From the NCBI GenBank assembly GCA_040766585.1, contig JAXGQE010000002.1, positions 70,090-134,089 of the forward strand: DNA of 64,000 bases. Reading direction: 5' to 3'. The notes below the pieces were generated by a model. That model ran no database searches. It worked only from the letters and a program-made list of their open reading frames with translations, and had not been told where the DNA came from. Positions 1 to 10,415 of the stretch are shown in pieces. Position numbers and translations under genes: made by a program. How positions within the stretch are numbered: the first letter of the stretch is position 1; every line of letters begins with the position of its first letter. This stretch comes from Candidatus Sumerlaeota bacterium. GTDB lineage: Bacteria; Bacillota; SLNR01.

Positions 1-1135
1 GAGCCACGGCAAAGACCAGACAGTCCGCCTCCCGCACTTCCTCCAGGGGAGTCAGTGTGAGTCCGAAGGCACGCTGGGCTTCTTCAGGATCCGCTTCCGG
101 GTCCACCACCAGCGGTTCCAGTCCATATTCTTTCAGGTGGCGGATGATATCCACCACTTTGGTATTGCGGATGTCCGGGCAGTTTTCCTTGAATGTCAGG
201 CCGAAGATCACTACACGGCTGCGGCGTACCGTCAGATCCGCCCGAATCAGCTGCTTCAGGATGGCTCCCGCTACAAAGTCCCCCATCCCATCGTTGATCT
301 TTCGCCCTGACAGGATGATCTGGCTGTGATAGCCCAGTTTTGCCGCTTCGTAGATGAAATAGTAGGGGTCGACACCGATGCAGTGGCCCCCCACCAGCCC
401 CGGGTAGAACCGCAGGGCATTCCATTTGGTATTCATGGCCTCAATGACTTCCCGGGTATCGATATCCATCCGATCAAATACCATGGCCAGTTCATTCATG
501 AAGGCAATGTTGATATCCCTTTGGCTGTTTTCCACCACCTTGGCCGCTTCCGCTACCTTGATGGAGCTGACCCGATGCACACCGGCTTCGATGATCAGTT
601 CATACACCCGGGCAATCAGGTCCAGTGTAGCTGCATCGGTAGCAGCCACAATCTTGATGATGGTTTCCAGACGATGCACCTTATCCCCGGGGTTAATCCG
701 CTCCGGGGAATAGCCCACCTGAAAATCCGATCCGCTTTTCAGACCGGATGTTTCTTCCAGCAGAGGAATGCAGATGTCTTCTGTCACGCCGGGGTACACC
801 GTGGATTCATACACCACCACGGAGCCGGGCTGCATGTGGGCTCCCACCAGACGGGTGGCGTTTTCCACGGGCGCCAGATCCGGCGTTTTGTCGGCATTGA
901 TGGGCGTGGGAACCGCCACAATGAAGAAACGGGCTTCTTTCAGCCGTTCCGGATCATCCGTAAAGTCCACAGCGGTGGTCCGGACCGCTTCATCCCCTAC
1001 TTCCCGGGTGGGATCCAGGCCTTTGCGATACTGGGCAACTTTTTCTTTGTTCAGGTCGTAACCGATGACCGGAACATGCCTGGCAAAAGCCACAGCCAGA
1101 GGCATTCCCACATATCCCAATCCCACTACCGCCAT
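1..1135 (-). CDS. Nucleotide-sugar dehydrogenase (UDP-glucose / UDP-N-acetyl-D-mannosamine dehydrogenase family), 3' end truncated by window edge
   Basis: Manual reverse-strand translation from ATG at 1135 gives MAVVGLGYVGMPLAVAFA... (Rossmann GxGxxG), ...ESTVYPGVTED..., ...GLVGGHCIGVDPYY... (catalytic Cys motif of UDPGDH family). ORF is not in the supplied track because it runs off the window; plus-strand ORF 326..1312 is its antisense shadow. Confidence 0.75.
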   Translation of the reverse strand, partial: MAVVGLGYVGMPLAVAFARHVPVIGYDLNKEKVAQYRKGLDPTREVGDEAVRTTAVDFTDDPERLKEARFFIVAVPTPINADKTPDLAPVENATRLVGAHMQPGSVVVYESTVYPGVTEDICIPLLEETSGLKSGSDFQVGYSPERINPGDKVHRLETIIKIVAATDAATLDLIARVYELIIEAGVHRVSSIKVAEAAKVVENSQRDINIAFMNELAMVFDRMDIDTREVIEAMNTKWNALRFYPGLVGGHCIGVDPYYFIYEAAKLGYHSQIILSGRKINDGMGDFVAGAILKQLIRADLTVRRSRVVIFGLTFKENCPDIRNTKVVDIIRHLKEYGLEPLVVDPEADPEEAQRAFGLTLTPLEEVREADCLVFAVA

Positions 1136-1274
1136 TTTTTCTTCATGCCGGCACAATTTATCGTACAGTGTCAAGATGATCGTCCCTTTCTCTGTTTAAG
1201 TCAAATCGTCTTTTCATCTGCATTTATTCGCAGTCAAGCGATCAATTCCTGCCATGACGAACTCCCATGCATTT

Positions 1275-4200
1275 TTAAAACCATTCTTCCAATGCTGCAC
1301 TCAAAGCACTGAATCCGCCCAAAAGATATACTTGGTCTGTGCTTTCATTAATCAGAAAACTCTCAATGGAAGCATGAGGTTTGTTTTGTTGGCCATCGGT
1401 TAACAATATTCCCATTCCTCTTTTGGCCGCCCAAGCGCCCCCCGCCATGGCATCGGGGAAATTGATACCGGTGGCCATCACGAAAGATTCGGTGCCCACA
1501 CCAAAGTACTGAGCCAGTCTGACGGACGTCTCATAGCGATTTGCCCCATAAATCCGTGAGGTTAAAGCCCCTTGAGGCAGTTGATCATATACTGCATTAC
1601 TAATTGCATTGGGTCCCCCGATGACGAGGACATTATCAATGCTCAGATCTGACAGGGCTGTATGAGTGACTCCCGGCAATGCATCCCCTCTTGTCAGCAG
1701 GATGGGAATACCTGCCTCTGCTGCATAGGAAGAAACCGCCAATGCATCAGGAAATGATGTCCCCACAACCAAAACGGCAGTATTGGGTACAGCGCTTGGC
1801 TGCGGCAACGTTTGTGCAATTAATGCTGCCGTTTCATAGCGACTGTCTCCAAAAATGCGCTCAACTATAAGTCCCATGCCTTTCAGTTCATTTTCAACAG
1901 TTTCACTGACGGCAGCATTTCCTCCCAGAATCGTAATCCTATCTGCGCCCAGGCGAATGATCTCAGTTTTTGTAGTTTGACTCAATCTCGTACTTGCCGT
2001 GAGCAGAATCGGTGCGTTCATCTGATATGCCAATGGCACACCCGCCAGGGCATCAGCAAACACGTCCCCACGCACTACTATTACGTGGTCCGCACCAGTG
2101 GGCCAACCCTCTTGACAAATGCTCACGGCAGTTGCGTATCGGTCGCTGCCGCTGATGCGCTGTGAATCGATCTGCTCGCGCAAGACTGCTGTAAAGCTGC
2201 GATCACCATATGCAGTAAAGGTGAAAGGATTCTGAGTATATTTTACTGCACCCTCTTCAAAATATCGGAACCTGTATCCATCTGCCGGAATCGACTGCAA
2301 AGAGACTTGCTGCCCATAGGTATAACAGCCGGTTCCGATAATGGTCCCAAAGCCTTCCGGTTGACTGCTTCCGATTATTGTATAGGTGATTGGTGTGAAG
2401 ACTGCCGTCAGCTGCCGATCCGCCTCCGCCGAAAAAGTATACTCTGCATTCTCGCTGACCACTGTGTCCCCTTCCAGCCAGTGGACGAAAGTGAAGGAGG
2501 TGGCCGGAACGGCTCGTACCGTCACCTGCGTTCCCGGTACATAAGTACCTGCACCCAAAACGCTCCCGCCATTGGTCGGTGTTTGATTCAGCGTAATCGC
2601 AGCCGGCCGTAGATTAACGAAAGTATGACCATTCAAGGCAGCATAGGTCTCTGCTGGGGTGCCGGAATAGCCTTTGATCACTAGGTCAGCCGGATCAAGC
2701 TGGTTACCAGCCAACGCATTCGTACCTATGGTTTCAATGGACTCAGGAAAAAAAACTTCAGTCAGCTGGTTGTTGGCAAGAGTCTCAGCCCCTAGATGGA
2801 TGAATCCATCCGGGAACGTGATCTGAGTGAGGTTGTTTTCTGCCATTGCATAATCATCCATATAGATCAAGTATTGGGGCAGTTCAATACCAGGTATTCC
2901 TAACCCGGACAGCGCTGCGTATTCAACCCCCAAAACTCTATTGGAATAAAACGATTCGCTTATTCGCATGCTCTCCGATATATTCATACCAGAGACTACA
3001 TAAGCATTGTGATTAAACACAGCATATGTAAAATAACCCCACGTATAGATAGCAATGGATTGATTGGCAGCCACTTTCCCCCATCCAAATGAATCACTGG
3101 GTCGATTTCCCCCCGCATCGGAGTATAGCATAGGGTCTGCATTGCTTTTGAGGGTATGTTCCACTTCGTAGAGCGTAATACCCGGCAGTTTACTCATAAT
3201 CAATGCTGCCGCTCCCGCCACATGAGGCGCGGCCATGGATGTGCCCGTCATGCTCACATAGCCGCCTCCGCTTTGACAGGACAAAATGTTGACCCCCGGT
3301 GCCACTAGATCTGGTTTGATCCAGCCTTCATAAAAACCAGGCCCTCGTGCGGATTGACTGTCCAGGTTATAACTCTGATCAATCATTCCAACGGCAACAC
3401 TTTCCGGATAACAACCCGGTTCATTAATGGTGTTAAGATCCGGCCCAGTATTGCCCGCTGCAAAAACAGGCAAAATCCCTGCGCTGCGCCAATTGATCAC
3501 CATTGGGCGAAAAAACTCAAAATCACTTGCACTGGTATCGGACACCGCTCGGCCCCAGGAATTATTGATTATGTCCGGAGCCCACTCTGGCCGATGGGTC
3601 CCGGTAGAATCCAGAGGGGCCAACATGTACTGCCCTGCGGCCAGCAAATCGCTGCCAGTGGCTACTCGATCGGAACTAAATGCATTGACAGCAATCCACT
3701 GAGCATCCGGAGCCATCCCATACATTCTTCCTGTCACTGGATCTTCTCCGACGATAATCCCAGCCACATGTGTACCATGTCCATTTGGATCTGTTGGTAA
3801 TATATTTGAGGTAGGATTCAATACATCGTACCAGTTTCCAGCAGGTTGAGGATTATCCGGATCCTCCGGATTATACCCCCGCCACTTTTGCTTTATGGCC
3901 GGATGTTGCCAATCGACGCCCGTATCAATGATGCCCACCACAATACCGGCTCCTCTACTGCCCATATTCCAAACTGAGACCGCATCCGCCATCACAATGT
4001 TCCATTCGCACTCTGGATCGGGAGGGGCCACTTCTTGAATCTGAAACAGAGGATTAGGCACGATGTGCGCGACGGCTGGAGATTCTGCAAGTTCAAGTAA
4101 AATCTCCTTGTCCGCTTGTACATGGATGGCGTTTACAGCAAAATAAGGTGAAAATGCTTTGACAGTACCTTGATTCGTGCCCCTTTTCAACACTTCAAGA

Positions 4201-4550
4201 AGCGGCTGCTGGGACTGTGCAGCTGCGTTCTGCAGCGCATCCACCACTTTACGGCGAACCAGATTACGGTGGGTTTTACTGCTTACCCATGCAGGCTTGA
4301 TCGATTGGGCCTGTTTAACAATCGTAGGTGTATCCACTTGCTCCGTAAGGTAAACCAATGCATCCAGGATCTCCCCCTCTGCTGCCTCCAGGATATCATC
4401 CGGAAGCTTGTTCATTGAGAAGGTCGTGTACTGGGTTTCATGATCCGAATCTGCCACAATACGTACAGTCGGAACGGCAGCACTTACGATGGTCCCAGAT
4501 ACCATGGTCAACAGCATGAATACAATCAGAATTAATGAAGGTCTCCTCAC
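1275..4550 (-). CDS. Secreted subtilisin-like serine protease (peptidase S8) with Listeria-Bacteroides-type repeats and three C-terminal CWB2 cell-wall-binding repeats
   Basis: N-terminal signal peptide (MRRPSLILIVFMLLTMVSGTIVSA). S8 triad motifs DTGVDWQHP, HGTHVAGII, GTSMAAPHVAGAAALI. C-terminus has 3x ~95-aa repeats (ISGSDRYATAVSI..., IFGDSRYETAALIA..., IYGANRYETSVRLA...) typical of CWB2 (PF04122). Confidence 0.85.
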   Translation of the reverse strand: MRRPSLILIVFMLLTMVSGTIVSAAVPTVRIVADSDHETQYTTFSMNKLPDDILEAAEGEILDALVYLTEQVDTPTIVKQAQSIKPAWVSSKTHRNLVRRKVVDALQNAAAQSQQPLLEVLKRGTNQGTVKAFSPYFAVNAIHVQADKEILLELAESPAVAHIVPNPLFQIQEVAPPDPECEWNIVMADAVSVWNMGSRGAGIVVGIIDTGVDWQHPAIKQKWRGYNPEDPDNPQPAGNWYDVLNPTSNILPTDPNGHGTHVAGIIVGEDPVTGRMYGMAPDAQWIAVNAFSSDRVATGSDLLAAGQYMLAPLDSTGTHRPEWAPDIINNSWGRAVSDTSASDFEFFRPMVINWRSAGILPVFAAGNTGPDLNTINEPGCYPESVAVGMIDQSYNLDSQSARGPGFYEGWIKPDLVAPGVNILSCQSGGGYVSMTGTSMAAPHVAGAAALIMSKLPGITLYEVEHTLKSNADPMLYSDAGGNRPSDSFGWGKVAANQSIAIYTWGYFTYAVFNHNAYVVSGMNISESMRISESFYSNRVLGVEYAALSGLGIPGIELPQYLIYMDDYAMAENNLTQITFPDGFIHLGAETLANNQLTEVFFPESIETIGTNALAGNQLDPADLVIKGYSGTPAETYAALNGHTFVNLRPAAITLNQTPTNGGSVLGAGTYVPGTQVTVRAVPATSFTFVHWLEGDTVVSENAEYTFSAEADRQLTAVFTPITYTIIGSSQPEGFGTIIGTGCYTYGQQVSLQSIPADGYRFRYFEEGAVKYTQNPFTFTAYGDRSFTAVLREQIDSQRISGSDRYATAVSICQEGWPTGADHVIVVRGDVFADALAGVPLAYQMNAPILLTASTRLSQTTKTEIIRLGADRITILGGNAAVSETVENELKGMGLIVERIFGDSRYETAALIAQTLPQPSAVPNTAVLVVGTSFPDALAVSSYAAEAGIPILLTRGDALPGVTHTALSDLSIDNVLVIGGPNAISNAVYDQLPQGALTSRIYGANRYETSVRLAQYFGVGTESFVMATGINFPDAMAGGAWAAKRGMGILLTDGQQNKPHASIESFLINESTDQVYLLGGFSALSAALEEWF

Positions 4551-4622
4551 TGTTTCACCCCTCTTTTGGCATATCCAAAATCTTCTAAAGTCTATCTAGA
4601 GTGTTCATTTTCATCATCCAAC

Positions 4623-5465
4623 TTACCGTGCTTTGATATATTCCATCACAATGCAGTCGTAGCTGTCGGCCACAAAACCTTTTTGCTCCAGCATTTCCCG
4701 CAGATCGCTGCGGGCAGCCGGCACCATGCACTGCAGGCGGTCATTGCCCTTTTCCCGGGCTTTCCCGGCGGCAAAGGCTAGAATCCGGTCGGTATCACCG
4801 GAAAACATGGCCATATGCAGGGCTTGCTCCGGTATAAAGCGGGCTCCCAGAATCAGGATGCTTTTGCTTTCCGGATGATGATACACCCAGCCCCGACCTG
4901 CCCAGTCTTTCCAGAGAGCCGGAGACGCTTTGAAGAAAGTCCGGTTCATAATGTGAAAATGGGCCCAATCGGCAGCATGTGGAGCCAGCAGTTTTACCGC
5001 TTCATCGCCATCGGTGACAGCTTGAAATCCGCTGCCCCAGCCTTCGTCCGGGGTTTGGGGAACCTGCAGGGTATAGCCCCGGAATGTACCGGCCAGAGTA
5101 AAACCGAATAATTCCGCCAGCCCTTTGCTGACCAGGTTGGTGAGACCGGTGTACATCCGCATAGTATCAATCCCTTTTTCTTCAGCCAGCTCGAAGAATC
5201 GGCGGTAGAAAGCCTTGCCGATACCTCGCCCCTGGACATCGGGACGGACCCTCAAGGCTTCCAGCCAGGCCGATCCATCAGGGACCACCGAGAACTTGCC
5301 CACGGCCACCACTTTGCCGTTTTCCTCAGCCACCATCATTTCACCGGCATCATCGGCCATCCATTCATCGTAGACCCGATCCAGGTAATGCAGATTGGGG
5401 GTAGCCAGTCCTTCGGCTTCCACCGCTTCTTTCCGGTCATCCATCCGGGCTTTTCTTACTATCAT
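4623..5465 (-). CDS. GNAT-family N-acetyltransferase with C-terminal extension
   Basis: GNAT motif A region ...VRPDVQGRGIGKAFYRRFFELAEEKG... in N-terminal half; 280 aa. Confidence 0.55.
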   Translation of the reverse strand: MIVRKARMDDRKEAVEAEGLATPNLHYLDRVYDEWMADDAGEMMVAEENGKVVAVGKFSVVPDGSAWLEALRVRPDVQGRGIGKAFYRRFFELAEEKGIDTMRMYTGLTNLVSKGLAELFGFTLAGTFRGYTLQVPQTPDEGWGSGFQAVTDGDEAVKLLAPHAADWAHFHIMNRTFFKASPALWKDWAGRGWVYHHPESKSILILGARFIPEQALHMAMFSGDTDRILAFAAGKAREKGNDRLQCMVPAARSDLREMLEQKGFVADSYDCIVMEYIKAR

Positions 5466-5544
5466 CTGATCGTTCCTCCTTGCTCCTTTAAAAATACGGC
5501 CGCGGTTGCGGCCGTTCCCTGCAATAGTTTACTGCTTTTTTCTG

Positions 5545-6237
5545 TTATATATACCCCAGCGCATCTTCCAGCGAACGATACTCCGACTGCTGCATCAGCA
5601 GATTTTCGTGGCTGGAGCGAGTATGCCTGCGCACTTCCTCTTTCAGCTCAGTCCACTGTTTCTTTTCCACCCGTTCAATGATCCGGGCGTGTTCGGTCAG
5701 AGAGCGGATCTCTGTCGGGCTGCGGTCATAGAAGGCATCAAACAGAGTCAGATAAATACCGATCTGAGTCAGCAATTTCTCCATGAAACGAACCAGATAT
5801 ACATTGCCGCTCTTTTGTGCTGCCCGCAAATGAAACGCCCGGTTGATTTCCAGATAGCGATCAAAATTTCCCTGATGGACGGCACAGGTTTCTTCCGCCA
5901 CCATTCGACGTAAATCTTTGATGTCGTCCGTGTCGAAAAGAGGCCCACTAAGATCCCAGGCCAAATCCTCCAGATACTCCCGCATAAAAAAGGCATCCCG
6001 GATTTCCTCGGTGCTGGGATTCACCACAAACGCACCCCGGTTGGGGACCACAGTCACCAATCCTTCTTCAGCCAAAATACGCAGCGCACTGCGCACCGGT
6101 GTCCGACTGGTATCCAGCGTCTGAGCAATCACACTTTCCACCAGCTGGTTGCCAGGAGCCAATCTGCGATGAAGGATGGCTTCTTTGACCTTGCGGTAGA
6201 CCTGGTTTTCTCGGGTATCTTCTCGTAATGGGTTCAT
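5545..6237 (-). CDS. GntR/FadR-family transcriptional regulator
   Basis: Start at MNPLRED (ATG 6237, RBS AGGCGG upstream). N-terminal wHTH ...VESVIAQTLDTSRTPVRSALRILAEEGLV... followed by FCD-like helical domain. Upstream in-frame extension to 6342 lacks an RBS. Confidence 0.7.
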   Translation of the reverse strand: MNPLREDTRENQVYRKVKEAILHRRLAPGNQLVESVIAQTLDTSRTPVRSALRILAEEGLVTVVPNRGAFVVNPSTEEIRDAFFMREYLEDLAWDLSGPLFDTDDIKDLRRMVAEETCAVHQGNFDRYLEINRAFHLRAAQKSGNVYLVRFMEKLLTQIGIYLTLFDAFYDRSPTEIRSLTEHARIIERVEKKQWTELKEEVRRHTRSSHENLLMQQSEYRSLEDALGYI

Positions 6238-6360
6238 CGTGCATCCGCCTCTGCTCTTTTGACAAACTTCACAGATTCCCCTTTTCGCCGAAGGATCGGC
6301 AGATCCTGCCTGAAAATTGAAAAAAGCGCCCTTTTGTTTCAAGGGCGCTTCTGACCGTCA

Positions 6361-7443
6361 TCAAGCCGAAAAGAGATTGGCCAATTCTTCAGGGGTATAC
6401 CCATCCAGATCTAGGGTAGCCAAAGTTCGCGCTTTTTCTCCGGCGTAATCCCGCTTCATGATCACCGATGCAATCTGGATCACCGAATCCATCACCGGTG
6501 TTTCGATTCCCAGGCGGTGGGCCAGATCCCGGTAAAAGATCAACCCATAGCCCACATCTTCATTCAGGTACCGATGGTCCAGAGACTTCTGTGCTTTGAT
6601 CCCCTTAAACCCAGGAGCCGAGCGGTAGCCGTCTTCGTAACTGGCTTCAATCATATACCCCTGCAAAACCCCCAGTTCATGGTCCGGCAGAATATGGACG
6701 CCCAGTTTTTCGCCGATGAGGATTTTTTCATCATCCACCGCTTGGATCAGGCGGCCCACCGACGGCATGACGCATTCTTCGTAAAAGAGCAGATCGCCCT
6801 TCAAACGTTCAATAGCACCGGCATTAAGAATCGTCACCGCCGGATGGATAATGGGGTTGTTGTTCTGCAGCATGGTCACCCAGGCGCTGGCCGGCTCGGA
6901 ATCGGGGTAATTCTGAGAGAATTTATCGTAAATAGCTTCAGTGACAGAGCCTGGAATTCCAGCCAGATACAGACCGCCCTTCAATTTCAAGAATACATGC
7001 ACTTTTCCTGGGGCATCCAGCCGTGCTGCATAGGGCAACGTGGAGGTTTCCCCCACATGCACGGTGTCATCCAGCATGGGCAGCCCGGCAGTTTTCTTGA
7101 ACAGAATTCCTCCGCCGCAGGAACTGGGGCATACCACATAGGTCTGGCCCGGTTGAATGTGCGGGCGGCACGCTTCCCCGAAGGGTTCTGTGCTGTAGGC
7201 CGGACCCACCATCAGAATCAGTTCTGCGCCGGAAAGTACCTTCTCCAGGTCCTGTCCGGCATACTCTACTGGAGCAAATCCTTCCAGTTGTCCCGTGACA
7301 TAAACACCTCCCTGGGCACGAATCCCATCCGTTTGTTCAGAAAAGGCTGGAAAATCAAACAATGAAACCTGATGACCCGCCAAAGACCAGTCCGCTGCCG
7401 CCGCCTGGCCCCCTGCTCCGGAACCCAGAATCGCCACTTTCAT
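6361..7443 (-). CDS. NAD(P)-dependent oxidoreductase, opine (octopine/nopaline) dehydrogenase-like family
   Basis: Start MKVAILGSGAGGQAAAA (GxGxxG) at 7443 with RBS GGAGGGG. C-terminal region ...YLNEDVGYGLIFYRDLAHRLGIETPVMDS... resembles the octopine DH C-terminal domain. Confidence 0.6.
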   Translation of the reverse strand: MKVAILGSGAGGQAAAADWSLAGHQVSLFDFPAFSEQTDGIRAQGGVYVTGQLEGFAPVEYAGQDLEKVLSGAELILMVGPAYSTEPFGEACRPHIQPGQTYVVCPSSCGGGILFKKTAGLPMLDDTVHVGETSTLPYAARLDAPGKVHVFLKLKGGLYLAGIPGSVTEAIYDKFSQNYPDSEPASAWVTMLQNNNPIIHPAVTILNAGAIERLKGDLLFYEECVMPSVGRLIQAVDDEKILIGEKLGVHILPDHELGVLQGYMIEASYEDGYRSAPGFKGIKAQKSLDHRYLNEDVGYGLIFYRDLAHRLGIETPVMDSVIQIASVIMKRDYAGEKARTLATLDLDGYTPEELANLFSA

Positions 7444-7565
7444 GATGTACCCCTCCATTTTGTTCAATAATATTGTTCTACAATCATTGTAACCTTGTGG
7501 AAACACCTGTGTCAACCGACAATGAAAAAAAGCCCGGAAAAATTTCCGGACTCTTCATCGGCAGG

Positions 7566-7936
7566 ATCTGAAGCGGGTCTGTAAGCCGAGTTCTGTTCTT
7601 CTGCCAAAGGCAGAAGTGATGATCATCTATCTGGGATGCAGATTGCTCTGCACCTCGTGCGACCTAACCCGGAGATTCAGCGAGCAGCCTCATCCTCTCC
7701 CTATTTGGTCTTGCTCCGGGTGGGGTTTACCGAGCCGATCGATCACCCGATCGCTGGTGAGCTCTTACCTCACCATTGCACCCTTACCGGTTTCCCGGCG
7801 GTATCTTTCTGTGGCACTGGCCTTAGGGTTACCCCCACTGGGCGTTACCCAGCACCCTGCTCTGTGGAGCTCGGACTTTCCTCAGGAGGCCTCGTCACCG
7901 AGGTGCTCCCGCGACCATCCGACCCGCTTCAGACGG
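7566..7936 (-). ncRNA. rnpB: RNase P RNA (bacterial type A)
   Basis: Minus strand contains GAGGAAAGUCCGAGCUCC (P4 5' strand), GCAAGACCAAAUAGGGAG, and ACAGAACUCGGCUUA (P4 3' strand). P1 pairing between cgucugaagcggguc (5') and gacccgcuucaga (3'). Plus-strand ORFs 7616..7957 and 7636..8055 are artefacts. Confidence 0.85.
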
Positions 7937-8192
7937 TTTTCTGCCCTTGTAGTATAGCACTTTTTGCCCCTAATTTCAATGACTGGGCAAAGCCATCCTT
8001 TCCCATGGACGACCTTATGATAATTCCATGTCATTCCCCTAATGTAAAAGGATAATCGTGGACAATATTTCCTGTATCCTGAACATATGGCAGGATTTTA
8101 CTCATCAATAGCCAATTATTATCTTCGAAATCTAGTACTACTCGTCGCTGCATAGAATACATATTTGCAAATAAAAGTGTGAGGTGAGTTGA

Positions 8193-10160
8193 TTGAATCC
8201 ATTTTCCCACAAAGAATCAAAGCTTTCCATTCTCATCCTTTTGATTTTAAGTATGCTTTGCCTCCAGCCGGCTCTTTCCTTAGCGACAGTCTCAATGAGC
8301 TTGGAATCCAACGTAAAAGTAACACCTCTGGTATCTTCCACCATAGTCAACGAGATTGAACCCAACAATGTCCTATCTCAAGCCACTATTCTTCACAACA
8401 GCTACTTTGGGTTTTCACAGCCTGGCTTAATAATGCAAGGAGCCATTAGCGGTAGCACCAGTGATATGGACTGGTATAAAATTACTACTATCATCTCCGG
8501 AGAATTACTAACCTCTCTCGATTGGAAGGACCCGTTTACCGATCAGCGCCTGGAACATGACCTGCGTAGCATCTTGAAAGATGCTGATGGAAATACCTTG
8601 GCTACCAGCATCTTACGTGAGAGTAATTGGTATTATTATCAAAGTTTAAGTATTCAGAGCCTCCCTGCAGGCACCTATTACTTCGGTATCGAAACCCCCA
8701 GCTCTGACAACAAATACGTAGGTGCTAAGTATGAATGCACCTTCTCCTGGTTAGCCGACTGCTGGGTTCCCAATCAACCTGCGCCCCTGGGCCCCACCAG
8801 CGGAGATGCGCTGTCCGAGTATATCTATTCAGGAACCTTTATCATCTCGGACTGCAATTCACCCATTGAAGTCCGTTTCGATTGGGGTGACGGCTCTCAG
8901 ACAGAATGGAGCGACTCATTAGAGAGCCCTCATAGTTGGACAGAACCCGGAGAATATCTAGTAAGAGTTCAAAACAGATGCAGTGTTCATCCTTTCATTG
9001 AAGGATCATGGTCAAATCCGCTTGCCGTCACCATGGCTGCTCCTGATTTAGAACTCACTACATCAAGCGCCAATATCAGCCAAGGGACCGTTTCCGCCGG
9101 AGGAATTTACACTATGGGAACCTCAGTATCAGCAACTGCGTTTCCAGCCAGCGGCTACTATTTCTACCGCTGGACCGAGGCGGATGCCACAGTCAGCAGA
9201 AGCAATCCCTACACATTCTCTATCATGCAGAACCGCTCTCTGACCGCCTGTTTCCGCCAGGATATGAATGCCGGTCGTCTCACCGGAAACAACCGCTATG
9301 AGACCGCTGTCTCCGTCAGCCAGGAAGGCTGGGCCAAGGGAGCAGAAACCGTAGTTTTGGCCCGGGGCGACAATTTCGCCGACGCCTTGGCCGGAGTACC
9401 TCTGGCCTATAACCGCAGCGCGCCCATTTTACTCACCCATCCTACGGTACTCCCCACTGCCACGAAAAATGAGATTCAGCGTCTGGGTGCAGCCAATGTG
9501 ATCATCCTGGGAGGAACCAACGCTGTATCCGCTGCCATCGAGGCGGAACTGGGCACCATGGGCTTGTCCACCAGCCGCATCTACGGCAGCAGCCGCTATG
9601 AAACCGCAGCCCTCATTGCCCGTGAGTTGGAGCTGACGGCAGGAACTTTCAACCGGGTGCATTTAGCCACCGGAGCCAATTTCCCGGACGCCCTGGCAGC
9701 CGCCTCCTACGCTGCCATGAATGGGGAACCTATTCTGCTCACAACCCTCAATGCATTGCCCTCATCCACCGCTGATGCTTTGGATGATTTGACTTTCTCC
9801 AGCATCGTCATTGTGGGAGGCACTTCTGCCATTTCTGCCGCTCAGGAAGCCGCGCTGGATGTGAATTACGATGTCACCCGGATCTCCGGCAGCAACCGCT
9901 ATACCACAGCCGTAGAACTGGCCAAATACTACAGTACCGGCATTCCGGAATACCTCATCGCCACCGGCGGAGATTTCCCAGATGCTATCACCGGGGCTGT
10001 GTTGGCCGCTAATAAAGAAACTGGAATCCTTCTGGTTCTGGGTTCATCATCGACACCCCCCACGGCGGTTCAGGATTATCTGGTGGAACAAGCGGTTCAC
10101 ACTGTCACCATTTTGGGTGGGACAGCTGCCGTATCTGCAGCCATGGAAAACTGGTTCTAA
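8193..10160 (+). CDS. Secreted cell-wall-binding surface protein (N-terminal PPC/PKD-like domains, then three CWB2 repeats)
   Basis: TTG start with RBS GAGGTG. Signal peptide SILILLILSMLCLQPALSLA. C-terminal 3x CWB2 repeats (LTGNNRYETAVSVSQEGWAKGAETVVLARGDNFADALAG..., IYGSSRYETAALIA..., ISGSNRYTTAVELA...). Confidence 0.7.
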   Translation: MNPFSHKESKLSILILLILSMLCLQPALSLATVSMSLESNVKVTPLVSSTIVNEIEPNNVLSQATILHNSYFGFSQPGLIMQGAISGSTSDMDWYKITTIISGELLTSLDWKDPFTDQRLEHDLRSILKDADGNTLATSILRESNWYYYQSLSIQSLPAGTYYFGIETPSSDNKYVGAKYECTFSWLADCWVPNQPAPLGPTSGDALSEYIYSGTFIISDCNSPIEVRFDWGDGSQTEWSDSLESPHSWTEPGEYLVRVQNRCSVHPFIEGSWSNPLAVTMAAPDLELTTSSANISQGTVSAGGIYTMGTSVSATAFPASGYYFYRWTEADATVSRSNPYTFSIMQNRSLTACFRQDMNAGRLTGNNRYETAVSVSQEGWAKGAETVVLARGDNFADALAGVPLAYNRSAPILLTHPTVLPTATKNEIQRLGAANVIILGGTNAVSAAIEAELGTMGLSTSRIYGSSRYETAALIARELELTAGTFNRVHLATGANFPDALAAASYAAMNGEPILLTTLNALPSSTADALDDLTFSSIVIVGGTSAISAAQEAALDVNYDVTRISGSNRYTTAVELAKYYSTGIPEYLIATGGDFPDAITGAVLAANKETGILLVLGSSSTPPTAVQDYLVEQAVHTVTILGGTAAVSAAMENWF

Positions 10161-10415
10161 TGGATTCATCAAATGTTTAAGTGTACAGGGGAACGACTTG
10201 TTGTTCCCAGAAATTGAGCCCAAAGAAACCTTAGCGCAGCCGGGGATATCCTCCTCAGCTGCGCTTTCATGAAAGTCTTTCAATACTCAAGCCCTTTGAC
10301 AATGAACCCTCCCTGGCATATAATGATTGTAATCGTTACAGCATATGATCCCTTGAAACAGACTGATTTTGACTACCGTTCCGAATTTCCAAATCCGGGA
10401 GAAGGAGGCGCAGCC

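Noticed and set aside
326-1312. 328-aa plus-strand ORF (and 426..713, 768..1061)
   Set aside because: Antisense shadow of the nucleotide-sugar dehydrogenase gene on the minus strand. His/Gly/Phe-rich unnatural composition, no RBS.
7616-8055. Two overlapping plus-strand ORFs (113 and 139 aa)
   Set aside because: Lie entirely within the RNase P RNA (rnpB) encoded on the minus strand.
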